Assembly: GCF_006345805.1 (NCBI RefSeq)
Contig: NC_043009.1
Span: 124,001-188,000 of the forward strand
Reading direction: 5' to 3'
Origin: Octopus sinensis
Lineage: Eukaryota
Length of the DNA stretch: 64,000 bases
Positions 12,516 through 25,999 of the stretch are shown in pieces; position 1 is the stretch's first letter, and each line of letters starts with the position of its first letter. The notes under the pieces are model-generated. The model ran no database searches, was not told the origin of the DNA, and saw only the letters and a list, made by a program, of their open reading frames with translations. Position numbers and translations under genes: made by a program.

Positions 12516-13247
12516 CGCAGAGGAACCATGGTGTAACCCACTATGGTGTGGTAAACTTTCAGACCCTAGTCTAGATTGCGAATCCTCTGTACCGCAGGAT
12601 GGTTCAGCTCTCCAGCCATTAATAGCCACCGTTTACGGAATGAGGATAACAACGTAGCTTTCGCGCCCGTCCAATCGCCAGTCTATGTAGTGGGTGCATC
12701 TCCAAGTTGCCACACGCATTCTTAGTAGCTTAGAGTAGGCTCGAATTAGAGATTACTCTTTGTGGCTAATGGCGTGAGTCCTGATTGGAAGAAGAAGACA
12801 ACTTGATGTCTGACTCCATAGTGGCTTGTCACGTGTGAAGGACTGTACCATTTTCACTACAACATTGTACGTATAGTAAATAGACGACAAGTTAGTTTTA
12901 CATGAACTGAATAATAGAATGTTGCTGTTTTTTAACATTAGAAATGTCAGCAGCTGCACTTTATGGATGGCTTTTTTTGAAATGGTAAAAGCATCACGAG
13001 TTTCGGTTAATGTTTAAATCAAAAGCTGAGCAAAATTAGCGCTAATTACAGCAGGCACATGAGATGTTGATGTGTGCGTGTGTTGCGAGCACGTATGTGT
13101 AAACATATGTGTATTATTTTCATTAGTGCCATGCACTAAACTCCCAGCCTTATGAATCACTTTGTAACTTCTGCTAATAAAATATTAAAAAATGCATACA
13201 CTCATGCTTCTTCGAGTTTTATCCATCTCTCTCTCCCTCTCTCTATT

Positions 13248-13328
<81 letters not shown>

Positions 13329-13329
13329 T

Positions 13330-13379
<50 letters not shown>

Positions 13380-13381
13380 TG

Positions 13382-13418
<37 letters not shown>

Positions 13419-14254
13419 GTGCACATACATGCCAATACAAACGGATGCTGTTTTGCACATTTACATACAAACGGATATTGTTTTGCACATGTACGGATAT
13501 AGATCCGGTGGAAATAAATGTGCTATGTCAATATAGTTGTGTGTGTGTGTGTGTGTGTTGTGTGTGTGTAAATATGCGTATTTATATTCCTTGCAACTTT
13601 TTTGTTAACCTTAAAGTTCCGGTACTTTCCTCCTCCACATCCATCAGCTACCGTCCATTTTTCAGTTCTACTTCATTCATTTTACTAAAGTCCTTCATTT
13701 CACTTTTCTTCATACCTTTCAATTGCCTTAGCAACTGGACAATGCCAGATATCATGACTAGGTTGATGAGACAAGTTTCAAAGAATGACACATAGCCTCA
13801 TAAACTATTAAAGTCGGCTGGACGTAGCAAAATTCGTAGCCTGTTTCCAGAAGATTGATTTATAACCCCAAACACATAAAGAAAACTACGAGGAGATAAT
13901 CACGGTAGATAAAACCAATCCAAGATAATTGTGACTGTGAAGAAACCAGAGATAAACACATCTGCGAGCGAGGACTTTTTCAGTCATCTGTTGCCTCATT
14001 CAAGCGAAGCGTACAAGCTAAGGAGCAAAACGCTTGAGATAACAGTGGATGATTGGTGCAGAAAAGTTTTCAACGTTGTGATGGAATTAGTTACCATCAA
14101 GAGGGAAGCTTACAATGCCATTAAGTAAATCCTACAGTTTCAGCTTGGGGTAAAGCATCTCTGCTCTTTATTACACCAACCATTATAAGTCTATGTCATT
14201 CTGTGTCTCTTGACATATATTCGAAAGTATATAATATAACATATATACGATCGT

Positions 14255-14410
14255 AACTGTGTGGTAAGAAGTTTGCCTCTCAACCACATGGGTTCTGGGT
14301 TCAGTTCCACAACTTGGTAACTTGGATATGTGTCTTTTGCTATAGTCTCGGATCGACCAAAGCCTTGTGAATGAATCTGGTAGACGGAAACCGAAAGAAG
14401 CCCGTCGTAT
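14255..14410 (+). mobile_element. SINE family A, 5' half (tRNA head + CORE-like domain)
   Basis: gtgtggtaagaag...gggttcagttccac...ccaaagccttgtga...gacggaaac.gaaagaagcccgtc; matches 56440-56600. Confidence 0.82.
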
Positions 14411-14965
14411 ATATGTATAAATAAATTATCACTGTTTGAGTTGCCTAATAGTGGTTTTATCTCTAAATTAATTTATATTTATACAGTGAAATTAGATTTA
14501 ATCCTCAATCTAATTTTTGCCTGTAAGTTTGGATATACTCCCTAATATCATATATATATACGTCTATATACGCACATACCCGCACACGTCTATATACGCA
14601 CACACACACACGGGTTGTGCGTATATAGACGTGTTTTACTCATTGTTTTTTACACATTTCCTGTATTTTTCCTTTAGCCTTGTTTTTTTTGTGTATGTGC
14701 GCATAAAGAAGTGTGTATGCACATTATTGTGCGCGCGCGTGCGTGTGCGTATATAGACGTGGTTTACTCTTTATATACTCCCTTACATCTTTTTTCTGTA
14801 TTGTTACTCTTAGCCCTGATTTTTCTTGTGCTTGTGCGTATATAGATTTGGCGAATGGTGCGGGTGAGGATGTGTACGTTTCAAGTGAGGGTGGATGAGT
14901 GTATACTTTTAGGCACCCGTGGGTGTGCGACCGCGCATGTCTAGGTATATACATATATGTATATA

Positions 14966-15863
14966 CCGAGTTGGAGCAAATATCAGAATTGAACAGCCGA
15001 AATTTGCTATGATGATTCGGTGTCTGACTGAAGATTGAAGGCTTCGAATGATTTGTCTGTGTTCTGTGTTCGTCCCTTCCTGTATTTCACGTTCATTATA
15101 TATAAAAACATTCATTCTTATATTATTGCGGCGTTACGTGCACCCCCCCCCCCGTTTGTTTGTCCAATTTTAACCCTGCACGACTTCTATACACACTGTC
15201 TTTTACTACCCGCCATTGCTTCTTCACCAAACTTTTTGGCGCCCCTCGATTCTTCCCCTCTCTTCCTCCCATCCTCCTCCCCTCTTCCTCCCATCCTCCT
15301 TAATCCCTTCTTTCTCCTTTTCTCTTGGTCACTGATTCTGTCCCCTGCCTTCCACCCTCTTTGATTCCCTCTCTCTCTGTCTCTCTTTCTCTCTCTCCTG
15401 CGACCTGCTGCTCTTCAACCATTCTGTTGGCCTTCGTATCTCGACCAACATGTGTCCCCGCTACCGAAACGATAATTATTTCTACGCCAGCTGCTATGTT
15501 GTTGTTGTTTTGTCTCATTTGGTCTAAAGTCGTATGACAACCACCGTTATATATATTTTGTTTATTCATTACTGTTTTCAATTTCGTTTTCGTCTCTTGT
15601 ATTCACATCCGTCTTGTGCGTTCACATTCCTGTCTTCTACCAAGAAATCTAATGCTTACAGCTTAGTTTTTTTTTTTTTTTTTTTTTTTTTTTTCTTGGG
15701 GCTGGCCGAGTTGGAGCAAATATCAGAATTGAACAGCCGAAATTTGCTATGATGATTCGGTGTCTGACTGAAGATTGAAGGCTTCGAATGATTTGTCTGT
15801 GTTCCGTGTTCGTCCCTTCCTGTATTTCACGTTCATTATATATAAAAACATTCATTCTTATAT
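14966..15863. repeat. Two 158-bp direct repeats (14966-15123, 15706-15863; one mismatch) flanking about 580 bp that contains a 28-nt poly-T
   Basis: Direct comparison of the two copies. Confidence 0.93.
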
Positions 15864-15864
15864 A

Positions 15865-15908
<44 letters not shown>

Positions 15909-17470
15909 ATAATTGAGGATAAATAACCCCTATTAAGTAATTCAATAGTGAAAGACATTATATAATATTTGAAAAAGGTTTTTAATATTTTCAATATAGA
16001 TAATAAAAAAAAATATAACATTTTTTAGTAATAATTTTGGAGTTGGTTATTCTACTACTAATAATGTTGGTAACATTATTTCTTCTTTTAATAGATTTAA
16101 GCTGAATATGTTTTACATTCACAAATTAAATAACTATTCCAATAATAATAAAGACTAGAATATAATTAATTGTACATGTGGAGATAAGACAAAATGTAAA
16201 TTTTAAAATAAATATAATTTGGATGATATAGTATATAAATGTGTAGTGACTTTGATTGATGATAATATTAATAGGAATAGTTATAATTTAAATGCATTTA
16301 ACGTGGGGTCGACTTCTAATAAAATTAAATGGCTCAACACATGCATTCATTTAAGAATAAAACATTGATAAATTCTACTGGCCTTTGAAAATATATAAGG
16401 GAACTGAAATCTAAAGGAATTAAGTATAATTTAAATTGGGAGATAATTTGTAAAGCTAAATCTTATCGAATAGGTAATAATTTTTGTTTACTATGTACAA
16501 ATGAATTTATGGAGATATTATTATCTAATAATAAAAAATAGATTAATATCAAGATGAGCGAAAAATTAAATGTAGACATATGTTAAATTACTTATATAAT
16601 AAGTTTAGCTAATTTGTGTGTATATATATATAAACCCTGATTTATGTTACTAATTTTTGTAGTTATAATTTGTAGTAGTATAAAGAGTATAAATTAGCAG
16701 TAGATTATGTAGTGTATATTACATAATTAGAATAAGATTAAACCAAGGTGTCTATAAAATAAATAAATAAATTGATGAATATACATTAGGTTATCCAAAT
16801 TTAGTTTATTTTATGTATTTTATGTATTCTAGTTTTAAATTATTGAGAATTTAGAATTTTCCCAGTAAATGGTATATTACATCTAGCTTATTTCTTATTT
16901 TCACAGCTAAAATACATATACCTAACTATTTAGTCGATGGTTATTGTTTACGTCATGTTTTCACATGATAAATTTCTTAGCAACGCTAGGTTCTAAGTTT
17001 AATGTTTACAATTTCAGTTAACTGGTGTTCTTCAATAAGATAAGTTATGATTTTATTTTTCATTAATATTGTTACATTTTATTCAATTATTTATTGTTAC
17101 AATATGTATATTTTTATATTTATTTGTTAATTATTATATATTTAGATACATACATTTATTTTATTATTTTAGACCTGAAGAGTGGCTATATTTTTAAATC
17201 GAATGAATTTTAATAGTATCGATTTTATTATTATAGATTTAAAGATATAGTCAGGAAACGCGCGTAGTCGATTTAATGCTATTTAATTTAGTGATTTTTT
17301 TGAATAATATTTATCTTAGTATATTAAATTTTTTTCTGTATAATATAGATAATGTCTTTCACTATTGAATTACTTAATAGAGGTTATTTCTCTTAATTAT
17401 ATACATATATTATTTAGAATTGCTAAATTGAATTTTTCCCTGTAAGTTTGGAATTATATTTCCTACGGTT
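15909..17470 (+). mobile_element. Degenerate AT-rich Penelope-like element with inverted terminal arm
   Basis: About 52-bp inverted arms (15909-15961 / 17349-17400). GIY-YIG C-terminal remnant at about 16300-16560 (..GST....HMHSFKNK..NSTGL.KYIRELK.KGIKYNLNWEIICKAKSYRIGNNFCLLCTNEF). Hammerhead motif in the 3' region. Confidence 0.8.
17172..17269 (+). ncRNA. Type I minimal hammerhead ribozyme motif (PLE-associated), probably impaired
   Basis: gac-CTGAAGA-[stem II of about 18 bp, tggctatatttttaaatc/gatttaaagatatagtca]-GAAA-cgcgcg-TA-gtc; palindromic stem III ACGCGCGT; G.G mismatch at the base of stem II. Confidence 0.82.
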
Positions 17471-18200
17471 ATATATATATATATATATCTTATGATAAAA
17501 GGCAGATTTTCTCTGCCTCTGACATAGTTTGTTTTTAATACAATTGTACAATATAGAATTTCTTCAATTGGAATTTACCTATGATTTTTCGAAGTAGATT
17601 CCATTGGCTCATGGCATATCAATTTTTTTCAATTTGACCCCCAATTAAGCAAAAATTCGAGAAAACTAAATATTTTACGATTTGCCTCTCTCATATCAAC
17701 TGCTTCACTCCTTCTATTACCACACTTTCTCCTACCTTCTCTTTGCAAGTATACCTTAAACTACTACTAAAAAAAATACACAGGAAGCAGAAACAAATAA
17801 ATACATAACGATTTACTCCTCACACAATTTCTTCAATTGGAATTTACCTATGATTTTTCGAGGTACATTCCATTGGGTCATGGCATTGAAATTTAATTCG
17901 AGAAAACCCAATTTTTTTACGATTGGGTTTTAATTTACTTTCTGTCGCTAAGTTTTCGTAGTATTAATTTGCGAGCGTACTTCAGTTGTCAATTGTTGAA
18001 AGAAAGAAATTGTAAGCTAAGAAGGTGTGTGTGTGTGTGTGTTTGCGTGCGTGTGTGTGTGTGTGTGTAGAAAGTGAAGGATAAAAATATGGCAAGAAGT
18101 GGACAGATGTACATATATACATACATACATCCATACATACATACATGTGTGTGCATGTGTGTGTGTGTGTGTGTATGTGTATTAATGTGTGTGTGTTATA

Positions 18201-18587
18201 TCTCTCTATATAAAGCTGAAGTTTTCTGTGTGCGCCAGGTTTGGTAGCCTTCAACTAACACTATCTCCTCCGAGACCCTGCGGCGCAAGTTGACCAAAAT
18301 TGAAAGTATGATAGAAGAAGGGGTGCTCTTCCTTCCGTACAAGATAAAATTGAAATCGGACCATGTTAACACCAAAAATTATTTACATCAAAAAGGTGCT
18401 TTTTTCTATGAAAATCCATATTTTTTACGATTTCTTCACTGCTGTGTCGCCAATTTTCGGTGTATTTCAACCAGAAAAATGTTCACTTGAAGAAAAAACA
18501 AGCTACATAATGCAAAAGTTTTACTTTTCAAAATTTCCAATTCCAGCGGGTCGAAACAAACCCGAGCAACGCCGGGCGATACTGCTA

Positions 18588-18588
<1 letters not shown>
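18201..18588 (+). mobile_element. Non-autonomous Helitron
   Basis: A|TC 5' end (tctctctatataaag), subterminal hairpin cccgagcaacgccggg, CTAG|T 3' end, no TSD. Confidence 0.85.
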
Positions 18589-18642
<54 letters not shown>

Positions 18643-19501
18643 GCATATATATATATACATACATTATATATACATATATATATTACATATATATATATAT
18701 ACATATATATATATACACACATATATATATATATACATACATATATATTAATATATAATACATATATATACATCTATATAATATATATATATATATATAC
18801 AAATGAGATAGGGGTTGTAAATACAACCCTCCATGGGATAACATATATCCAATATACTGCTAGTGAAGTACCCAACAAAGTTAGTCTATAAGCCATGCGA
18901 TGACAGACATGCACTCTGCAATTTAGTGAATGTGTAGGGATGTGTTGGGGTGTATTCATGTGTGTGTGCATGTGTATGTGAGTTTTTGTGTGGACGTGTG
19001 GGTTTAGTGTTGGATGTGGATGTGTATGTTTTTCTTGTGCGGTGTGGTGGAGGTCGGGCGGCTCTCAGCGGACCAACCGTGAAGAAGACAATGATAATTT
19101 AAATTCATATCCAATAGGGTATTTATGTCATAAGGAAAATTACTAACTGGAACCCGGACATACATATGTGCCACTTTGGATCCTAATGTAAGCGTTATTA
19201 ATAATTTTATGAATGATAATAATGGTAGCATTAATGGTATTGACAACGATAATGATGCTAACTTTAATGACACTTTGGAAATTAGTAGGAAGTAATATAA
19301 TGTACTATTGACTATGTATGTTTGCATCTAGATACTAATATGTGTATGTTTATTATCACAATATTAAGTTGAACACTGAAACATTGAATGTGGAACATAT
19401 ATATGTTTACTAATTTATATTATTTATTTACATCATTATGTATATGTATATTTTTATATGTATAGGAGTGTATAGTGAGTATATGCACTCATATGTATAT
19501 G

Positions 19502-19634
19502 TATATCTCCGAAGAGGCCTTATGATATTTTTGTAAATGTCTCATTTATATCTATATATTGACCTACCATATAAGGCTAATATTGGTAAAATGACACATA
19601 CTTATCTACATGGCCGAAACAGCTGTAAGATGTA
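19502..19634 (+). ncRNA. Hammerhead ribozyme motif with CCGAAGA core and long loop 2
   Basis: tatatct-CCGAAGA-ggcc...ggcc-GAAA-cagctg-TA-agatgta; 7-bp stem I; palindromic ACAGCTGT. Confidence 0.78.
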
Positions 19635-19892
19635 ATCTATACTATATTATTATTTATTTACTTATATTTATATTCTCTTTTTTATATATATTCTACTTAT
19701 TATACAACATTACTCTTTTATGTACACTTTTTTATGTACATTCCCTTTTGTACACTGATTTGTTCTGCTTTTTTATGTTTAACCTACAGTCTTTTATGGT
19801 GGTGGTTTAATAAAGTATGTGATTGAGTATTATCTGGTAATTGATATTTAATTTAGATGTATTTCTCCATTTTCTTATCTTGTATATAATAT

Positions 19893-19923
<31 letters not shown>

Positions 19924-19930
19924 TATATAT

Positions 19931-21195
19931 ATAATTGAATAAAATAAAATGAAATAGTAGAATGTTAAATGTTCATTCTGATTTAACATGTACTTTCATG
20001 CATTGAATTCTGCAATCTCTCGGGTTCATGTAGTAGTGGTGACAGTCATGCTTCACAATTTTTGACTGTAGCAAGATGATTGATTCTGTGCTATAAATAC
20101 AGCTGGGTAGGCTCCAGGGTGCTAGGTTTTGCAAACTGTATTCTGACCAATCAGTGTGTAGTATCACTCAATTACTTAAGCTGGCATATACACAATAGGA
20201 ATATAGATATATATATATATGGGTGTGTGTGATTGTGTATAGAAGAATATATTAATAAAAGGAAACCGGTCAATATATAAACACAAAAACCGGGAAAATA
20301 TTCACAAACGCGAATATGAACTGCAAAAACAGAAATTTAATTTACTGCATCAAATGCCCAAATTGTGAAGAAATATATGTAGGTCAGACGGGAAACGCAT
20401 TATTAGAACGCTTACGTGTACACCGGCAACAGATTAGAGACCCAGAGGTCCGTCAGATACCTTTGAGTAAACACCTAGCAACATGTGGCCGGAAAATGTA
20501 TATAATATTTCCGTTTTACAAATTACACAGCCCAAGTGAAATCGGAGGAGGAATCAGAGAAAAGAATTTTATTGATAATTCGAACCCAAGCTAAATAAGC
20601 AATAATAATAATACTTAGAGGTACTACTTCCACTGCTACGACCATGACCACTAACAACAACAACAATACTAAAGGTGATCAAGATGAAGATAGCAGGAAA
20701 ATTATCTTATTTAGGGTTAAAAGTTCTATTGCCACCACCATCACCACTAGCAACAATAATTAAGGTGCTGACAATGATGATGATGACAATTGAAATATAA
20801 AAATATAAAAATCTCTGACAAAGGATATTTACAACATTTCTAAAAATAACCCAACAATTGCTGCTTCGGCCAGGGTCAAGGATATGACTCTTGACATGTC
20901 CAACAAAGCGTGATGCCTAAACCAATCAGCTCAACCAACCAATCAGCTTAAGTAATTGAGTGATACTACACACTGATTGGTCAGAATACAGTTTACAAAA
21001 CCTAGCACTCTGGAGCCTACCCAGCTGTATTTATAGCACAGAATCAATCATCTTGCTACAGTCAAAAATTGTGAAGCATGACTGTCACCACTACTACATG
21101 AACCCGAAGATTGCAGAATTCAATGCATGAAAGTACTAGTTCAATCAGAATGAACATTTAACATTCTACTATTTCATTTTATTTTATTCCATTAT
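19931..21195 (+). mobile_element. 5'-truncated Neptune-type PLE with about 250-bp inverted pseudo-LTR arms (19931-20183 / 20944-21195)
   Basis: GIY-YIG remnant 20316-20594 (NLIYCIKCPNCEEIYVGQTG...ERLRVHRQQIRDPEVRQIPLSKHL) is homologous to the 10.8 kb element; arms are reverse complements. Confidence 0.9.
21099..21143 (+). ncRNA. Minimal hammerhead-like motif in the PLE pseudo-LTR
   Basis: tgaac-CCGAAGA-t-tgca-gaattcaa-tgca-t-GAAA-gtac-TA-gttca; palindromic AGTACT; a degenerate inverted copy lies at about 19985-20030. Confidence 0.68.
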
Positions 21196-21280
21196 AATTA
21201 TTATCTTATAATATATCATTATAAGATTGTAAATAAAACGTGAAAATCAGACAAGGTTGGAATTCCTTTTATTAATATAC

Positions 21281-21318
<38 letters not shown>

Positions 21319-21553
21319 TACAATATATATATACATACATATATATCATACATATATATACATATATATATATAATATAAATCATATATATATATATATA
21401 TTATATATATATTATATAATATATATTATATATACGTGTATGTGTGTGTAGATACATAGATAGATATATAAACAAACAGGCAGACAGATAGGAAGGTAGG
21501 TAGATAGATAAGTAGGCATACAGACGGAGAGAGATAAATAAATAAATAAATAA

Positions 21554-21656
<103 letters not shown>

Positions 21657-22562
21657 TATAGATACATACATGCATACATAGAAAGAAAAATTAATCGATC
21701 ACTAATTCAATTCGTCCGATACGAAAATTATAAAATAGTCAAATGTTACATAACCCCAGATTGAATATCAACTAACGTAGAACACACACAAACACACAGC
21801 CACAAACACACACATAAACACACAGCCACAAACACACACATAAACACACAGCCACAAACACACACATAAACACTCACACAGAGAAACATACACAGAGACA
21901 CACACAGACACGCACACACACACAAACGCACACACACAAACACACACAGACACACAGACACAAACTCACAGACACAGACACATACACACGCACACACACA
22001 CATAGATACAGACACATACAGACACGCACTCACACGCACACATATATGTATATATATATTCGCACATATCTATGCATGTAAACCTACAAATACACGAGAA
22101 GGACAAACAACACACGTGGCAAAATGAAAGCAAGTGCAATTATTTGTCGTCCAATGAAATAATGAAAGAGTGTCTGCAGCAATTAGAGCTTAAAATTAGG
22201 TTGTTAGAGGAAACAAGGAGCAACGAAGGCATATGCGTTGGTGTGTATCACGTCATATTAATTATGTGTGTGTGTGTGTGTACGAACGAGTATATAGTGT
22301 ATATGTACTTATGTATACATGTATGTATGTACATGTCCAAAAGAGAGACTGCTAGATGCAAGCAGTATTACGCAACATTTCTTACTGCAGGCGACCATTA
22401 AAGCGTACACACACACACAAAAGCTTGCAGACTCATACACACAAAAACACGTGCGCACACACACACTTGCCTACATATATACCTTTTGTGTATGTATGTG
22501 CGCGTATATCTATATCTATATCTATATATTTATATATATATGTATATATATATATATATTTA

Positions 22563-22613
<51 letters not shown>

Positions 22614-22631
22614 TGTATATAATATATATAT

Positions 22632-22666
<35 letters not shown>

Positions 22667-23152
22667 TATATATCTATATATATATATATATGAAATATAA
22701 GTTATACTTGAGTGACAACAACACTCAAGATATACAACGGACTGGAATAGAAGTGCTCCAATGAGCTCTATACACTTTTTTTTTTATCCAAAGGGAGGCA
22801 ATAGGAGCAACAACCACAGGAACACCACAAAATTCAAAGATAGACCAAACACATGCAAATCTTATATACTAGTTTATATCTATACAGTCCGACATATTAG
22901 AAATTTAAAAATTCAGTAATATATAAGTATCATATACAAATAAAAATATAAATACAAATATAAATATAAATATAAATATAAATATAAATTTTGCATATAA
23001 CACGCTTGAAACTGTTAGAATAAGAGGAATAAATATAGTGATAATAAAATAAAAATATAGCATATCAAGACACGAGTAAAATTCCGGCGAATAGTACATA
23101 AAATATAATGCACATACAAGCTTACAAAAATATAAGATATACAGAAGTCCAT

Positions 23153-23245
23153 CATTTACGGGCCGTTTCGGGGATGTGCCAATCAATACTAGACATATTA
23201 GTACTTAAAATAGTACTTAAAATTGGCACTCCTCTCGTCAGGATG
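23153..23245 (-). ncRNA. Hammerhead ribozyme motif (degenerate PLE end)
   Basis: Minus strand: catc-CTGACGA-gaggagtgccaat...attggcacatcccc-GAAA-cggcccg-TA-aatg; stem II about 12 bp; first stem I pair mismatched. Confidence 0.78.
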
Positions 23246-23532
23246 TCCTATGCAACACATATAAAACATGAACAAACACACAAATACATAGTCATATACC
23301 GGCCATTCTCAGAACACGATAATTACGTACTCCCAGAAAAATTTTTACGCCGATCCTGAATGGAACTTTATACGCAAACCATTCGATACAGTCGCCATAG
23401 GAAATTGACAACCTGCATAGAACACCATGCGTTAAAAATTGTCAAATAGTAGCCCCTTGTGGGCAGTAAAGAAATAATATGTGTGTGTGTGTGGTGTGTG
23501 TGTGTTTAAAGAATGTGGTTGCGTAAAATTTC

Positions 23533-23673
23533 ACGGTAAAGACCCCTTCTTCAGGACATTAGGAAAAGCGGTGGTTGGAAAACAGTTTCTGGCTCAGAAG
23601 AGTATGTGGAGCAACAAGTCTTTTTCCAACCATCACTTTTCCGAAGGACCAGAAGAAGGGTTCTTCACCCCGT
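23533..23673. other. Long imperfect hairpin of about 140 nt
   Basis: 23541-23582 pairs with 23622-23663 without indels and with about 7 mismatches; inner gctc/gagc closes a short loop. Confidence 0.75.
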
Positions 23674-23809
23674 AATATAGACATACAAGGTAAAACTGCA
23701 AATTGTTCTGTTTTCTTTTCACTTTGTAGTTTACCTTCTCGCATTGTTCCAGCTTTGTACAACTACATTCTTTAAATCATACCTGAGAATACTTCACAAC
23801 AACTACCTT

Positions 23810-23840
<31 letters not shown>

Positions 23841-23976
23841 AGTACAAGTGAGGATATCCAAGATTAGACTGGTTGAATACCTTATAATATAGGCACACAC
23901 ATATATGTTATTATTATAAAAACCAAGAAAGAAGACGGAGATAAGATTGATAAAGAAATTATTAATACATTGACAA

Positions 23977-24080
23977 GACCTAAAATTGTTTCAATTCATC
24001 GCTTATAGTATAAAATCAATAAAATTCAATTTAATTAACTCAATTTGGTTAAATATTATAAGCGAAAATATCATCAGCGA
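23977..24080 (-). ncRNA. Degenerate hammerhead motif (stem I lost)
   Basis: Minus strand: CTGATGA-tattttcgcttata...tataagcgatgaatt-GAAA-caattt-TA; near-palindrome of ACAATTGT. Confidence 0.6.
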
Positions 24081-24479
24081 AGAACGTACAAAGAAATTTA
24101 TATATATTATATTGAAAACATAATGAAAATATTAAATAATCAACAGGAAAAATACAGTATATCATTAAAATTAATAACTGTATATATTTTTCTATTATGT
24201 ATTAATTTTTACGACTGTGTTTCATGGGTATAGTTCCACTGATCGTGAGAATCAAAGATCAATTTCAACGGTTAGAACCGACAATTTTAATTGCAGGTGT
24301 TAAGAAAATACATGATACATGTGTTAGTACACAACGTTGCAACGTTTAGAATCAATAATTTTAAGTGCAGATGTTAAGAAAATACATGTTGCAGCAACCT
24401 GAGAATGCCGAAATAATTGAACATTTTTACTCCACAACAATCTAGACCAAATTTCGTTAATCAGTTAATCTAAAATCAT

Positions 24480-24790
24480 CTTCCTCTTTGCTTGAGTGGC
24501 CTATGTAAAAGTTTATTTGTCTCAACCCATCGTTAGTGCATATTCCATCTGCGTATAAAATTTCAAGAAAATCGGTTGAAAACTTTAAAAGTTATGGCAT
24601 AAAACAAATGCCCTATAGATGTTTGAAAATTCGATACTGATTAAAAATTATCGATTTTTTTTTTGAAATTCCAAATGCATAAGTGATCGCATGGGTATAA
24701 GCCCCATACACGTGTCAAGTTTCATCAAGATCGGTTGGATAGTCTCGGAGGAGTTAAAGTAACAAATTCACAAGCACATAAATAGATAGA
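24480..24790 (-). mobile_element. Probable non-autonomous Helitron-like fragment (approximate ends)
   Basis: aagtttcatcaagatcggttg motif also occurs in the Helitron at 40707-41402; termini not resolved. Confidence 0.45.
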
Positions 24791-24929
24791 TATGTACGTA
24801 TGAATGTATGTATATAAGCATATATTTATGCATATATTTATGCATATATGAATGCATATATATATATATGTATATATATATATACATACATACATATATA
24901 CATATAAATATTTCTATCTATCTATTATA

Positions 24930-25315
<386 letters not shown>

Positions 25316-25643
25316 ACTACTCTTCACCTACCACTCGCTTTGAATGTTTAACTCTTTTTAGAAGATGGGTGCGGTTTGCGACACACCTAATTGGCTTTCT
25401 CTACTGCTATATCTTCCTCCATCTGTCTCTTGTGCTCTCTTGCTGTGTTTCCACTTTTCTCTTGCTCTATGCACCCAAAGTATTTCACAAATTTGCACTC
25501 AAACACACACACAAACACACATACACATTATTCTTTTAACACTATGCGTCTTGAAAGAGATCTTAGACAGAATACCACAGCTAGGGGCGTTTAACGATAG
25601 TAATGCATGAAGTGTGTGATATATATGTATATATACATACACA

Positions 25644-25682
<39 letters not shown>

Positions 25683-25999
25683 TATATGTAAGTATAAGTA
25701 TGTATGTGTACGCTTCAGTGATGCTATGCGGTGAGAAATTATAAGTTGTGCAATAGTACATACATTTAGTATGCTTTCTTTTAAGCGTGTTTATATATAC
25801 ACATACACACATGAACATACCTTAATAAAGGCCAATGCATATTTCGTCTTTACTCCCATATTTTGCGTGACCCCTTCCTTCTCGCTCCAATTTTGCTTTC
25901 TTTTTACTACCTAATTTTCTATATTTATATATAAGCTATTGTTCACTGCTATCATTCTATCGTTTTTCGAAGAGAGTTTGTATTCGGTAGATGAATTCA

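Noticed and set aside
12216-12629. 137-aa ORF near CCAAT-like and CACGTG motifs as a host gene start
   Set aside because: The middle of the ORF is an antisense SINE C fragment; no recognisable domain; the motifs are too short to support a promoter call.
13600-14130. Coding-like purine-rich stretches
   Set aside because: Multiple stops and no recognisable motif; cannot be assigned without a homology search.
14990-15060. Hammerhead in the 158-bp repeat (CCGAAA ... CTGAAGA)
   Set aside because: Order and spacing do not allow stems I-III to form in any permutation I tried.
14966-15863. LTR retrotransposon or TRIM
   Set aside because: The repeats lack TG...CA ends, and no PBS or TSD was found.
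17480-17990. Helitron with internal 110-bp direct repeats (17557 / 17826)
   Set aside because: The 5' TC-like start is plausible, but no 3' hairpin/CTAG was found, so it was not called.
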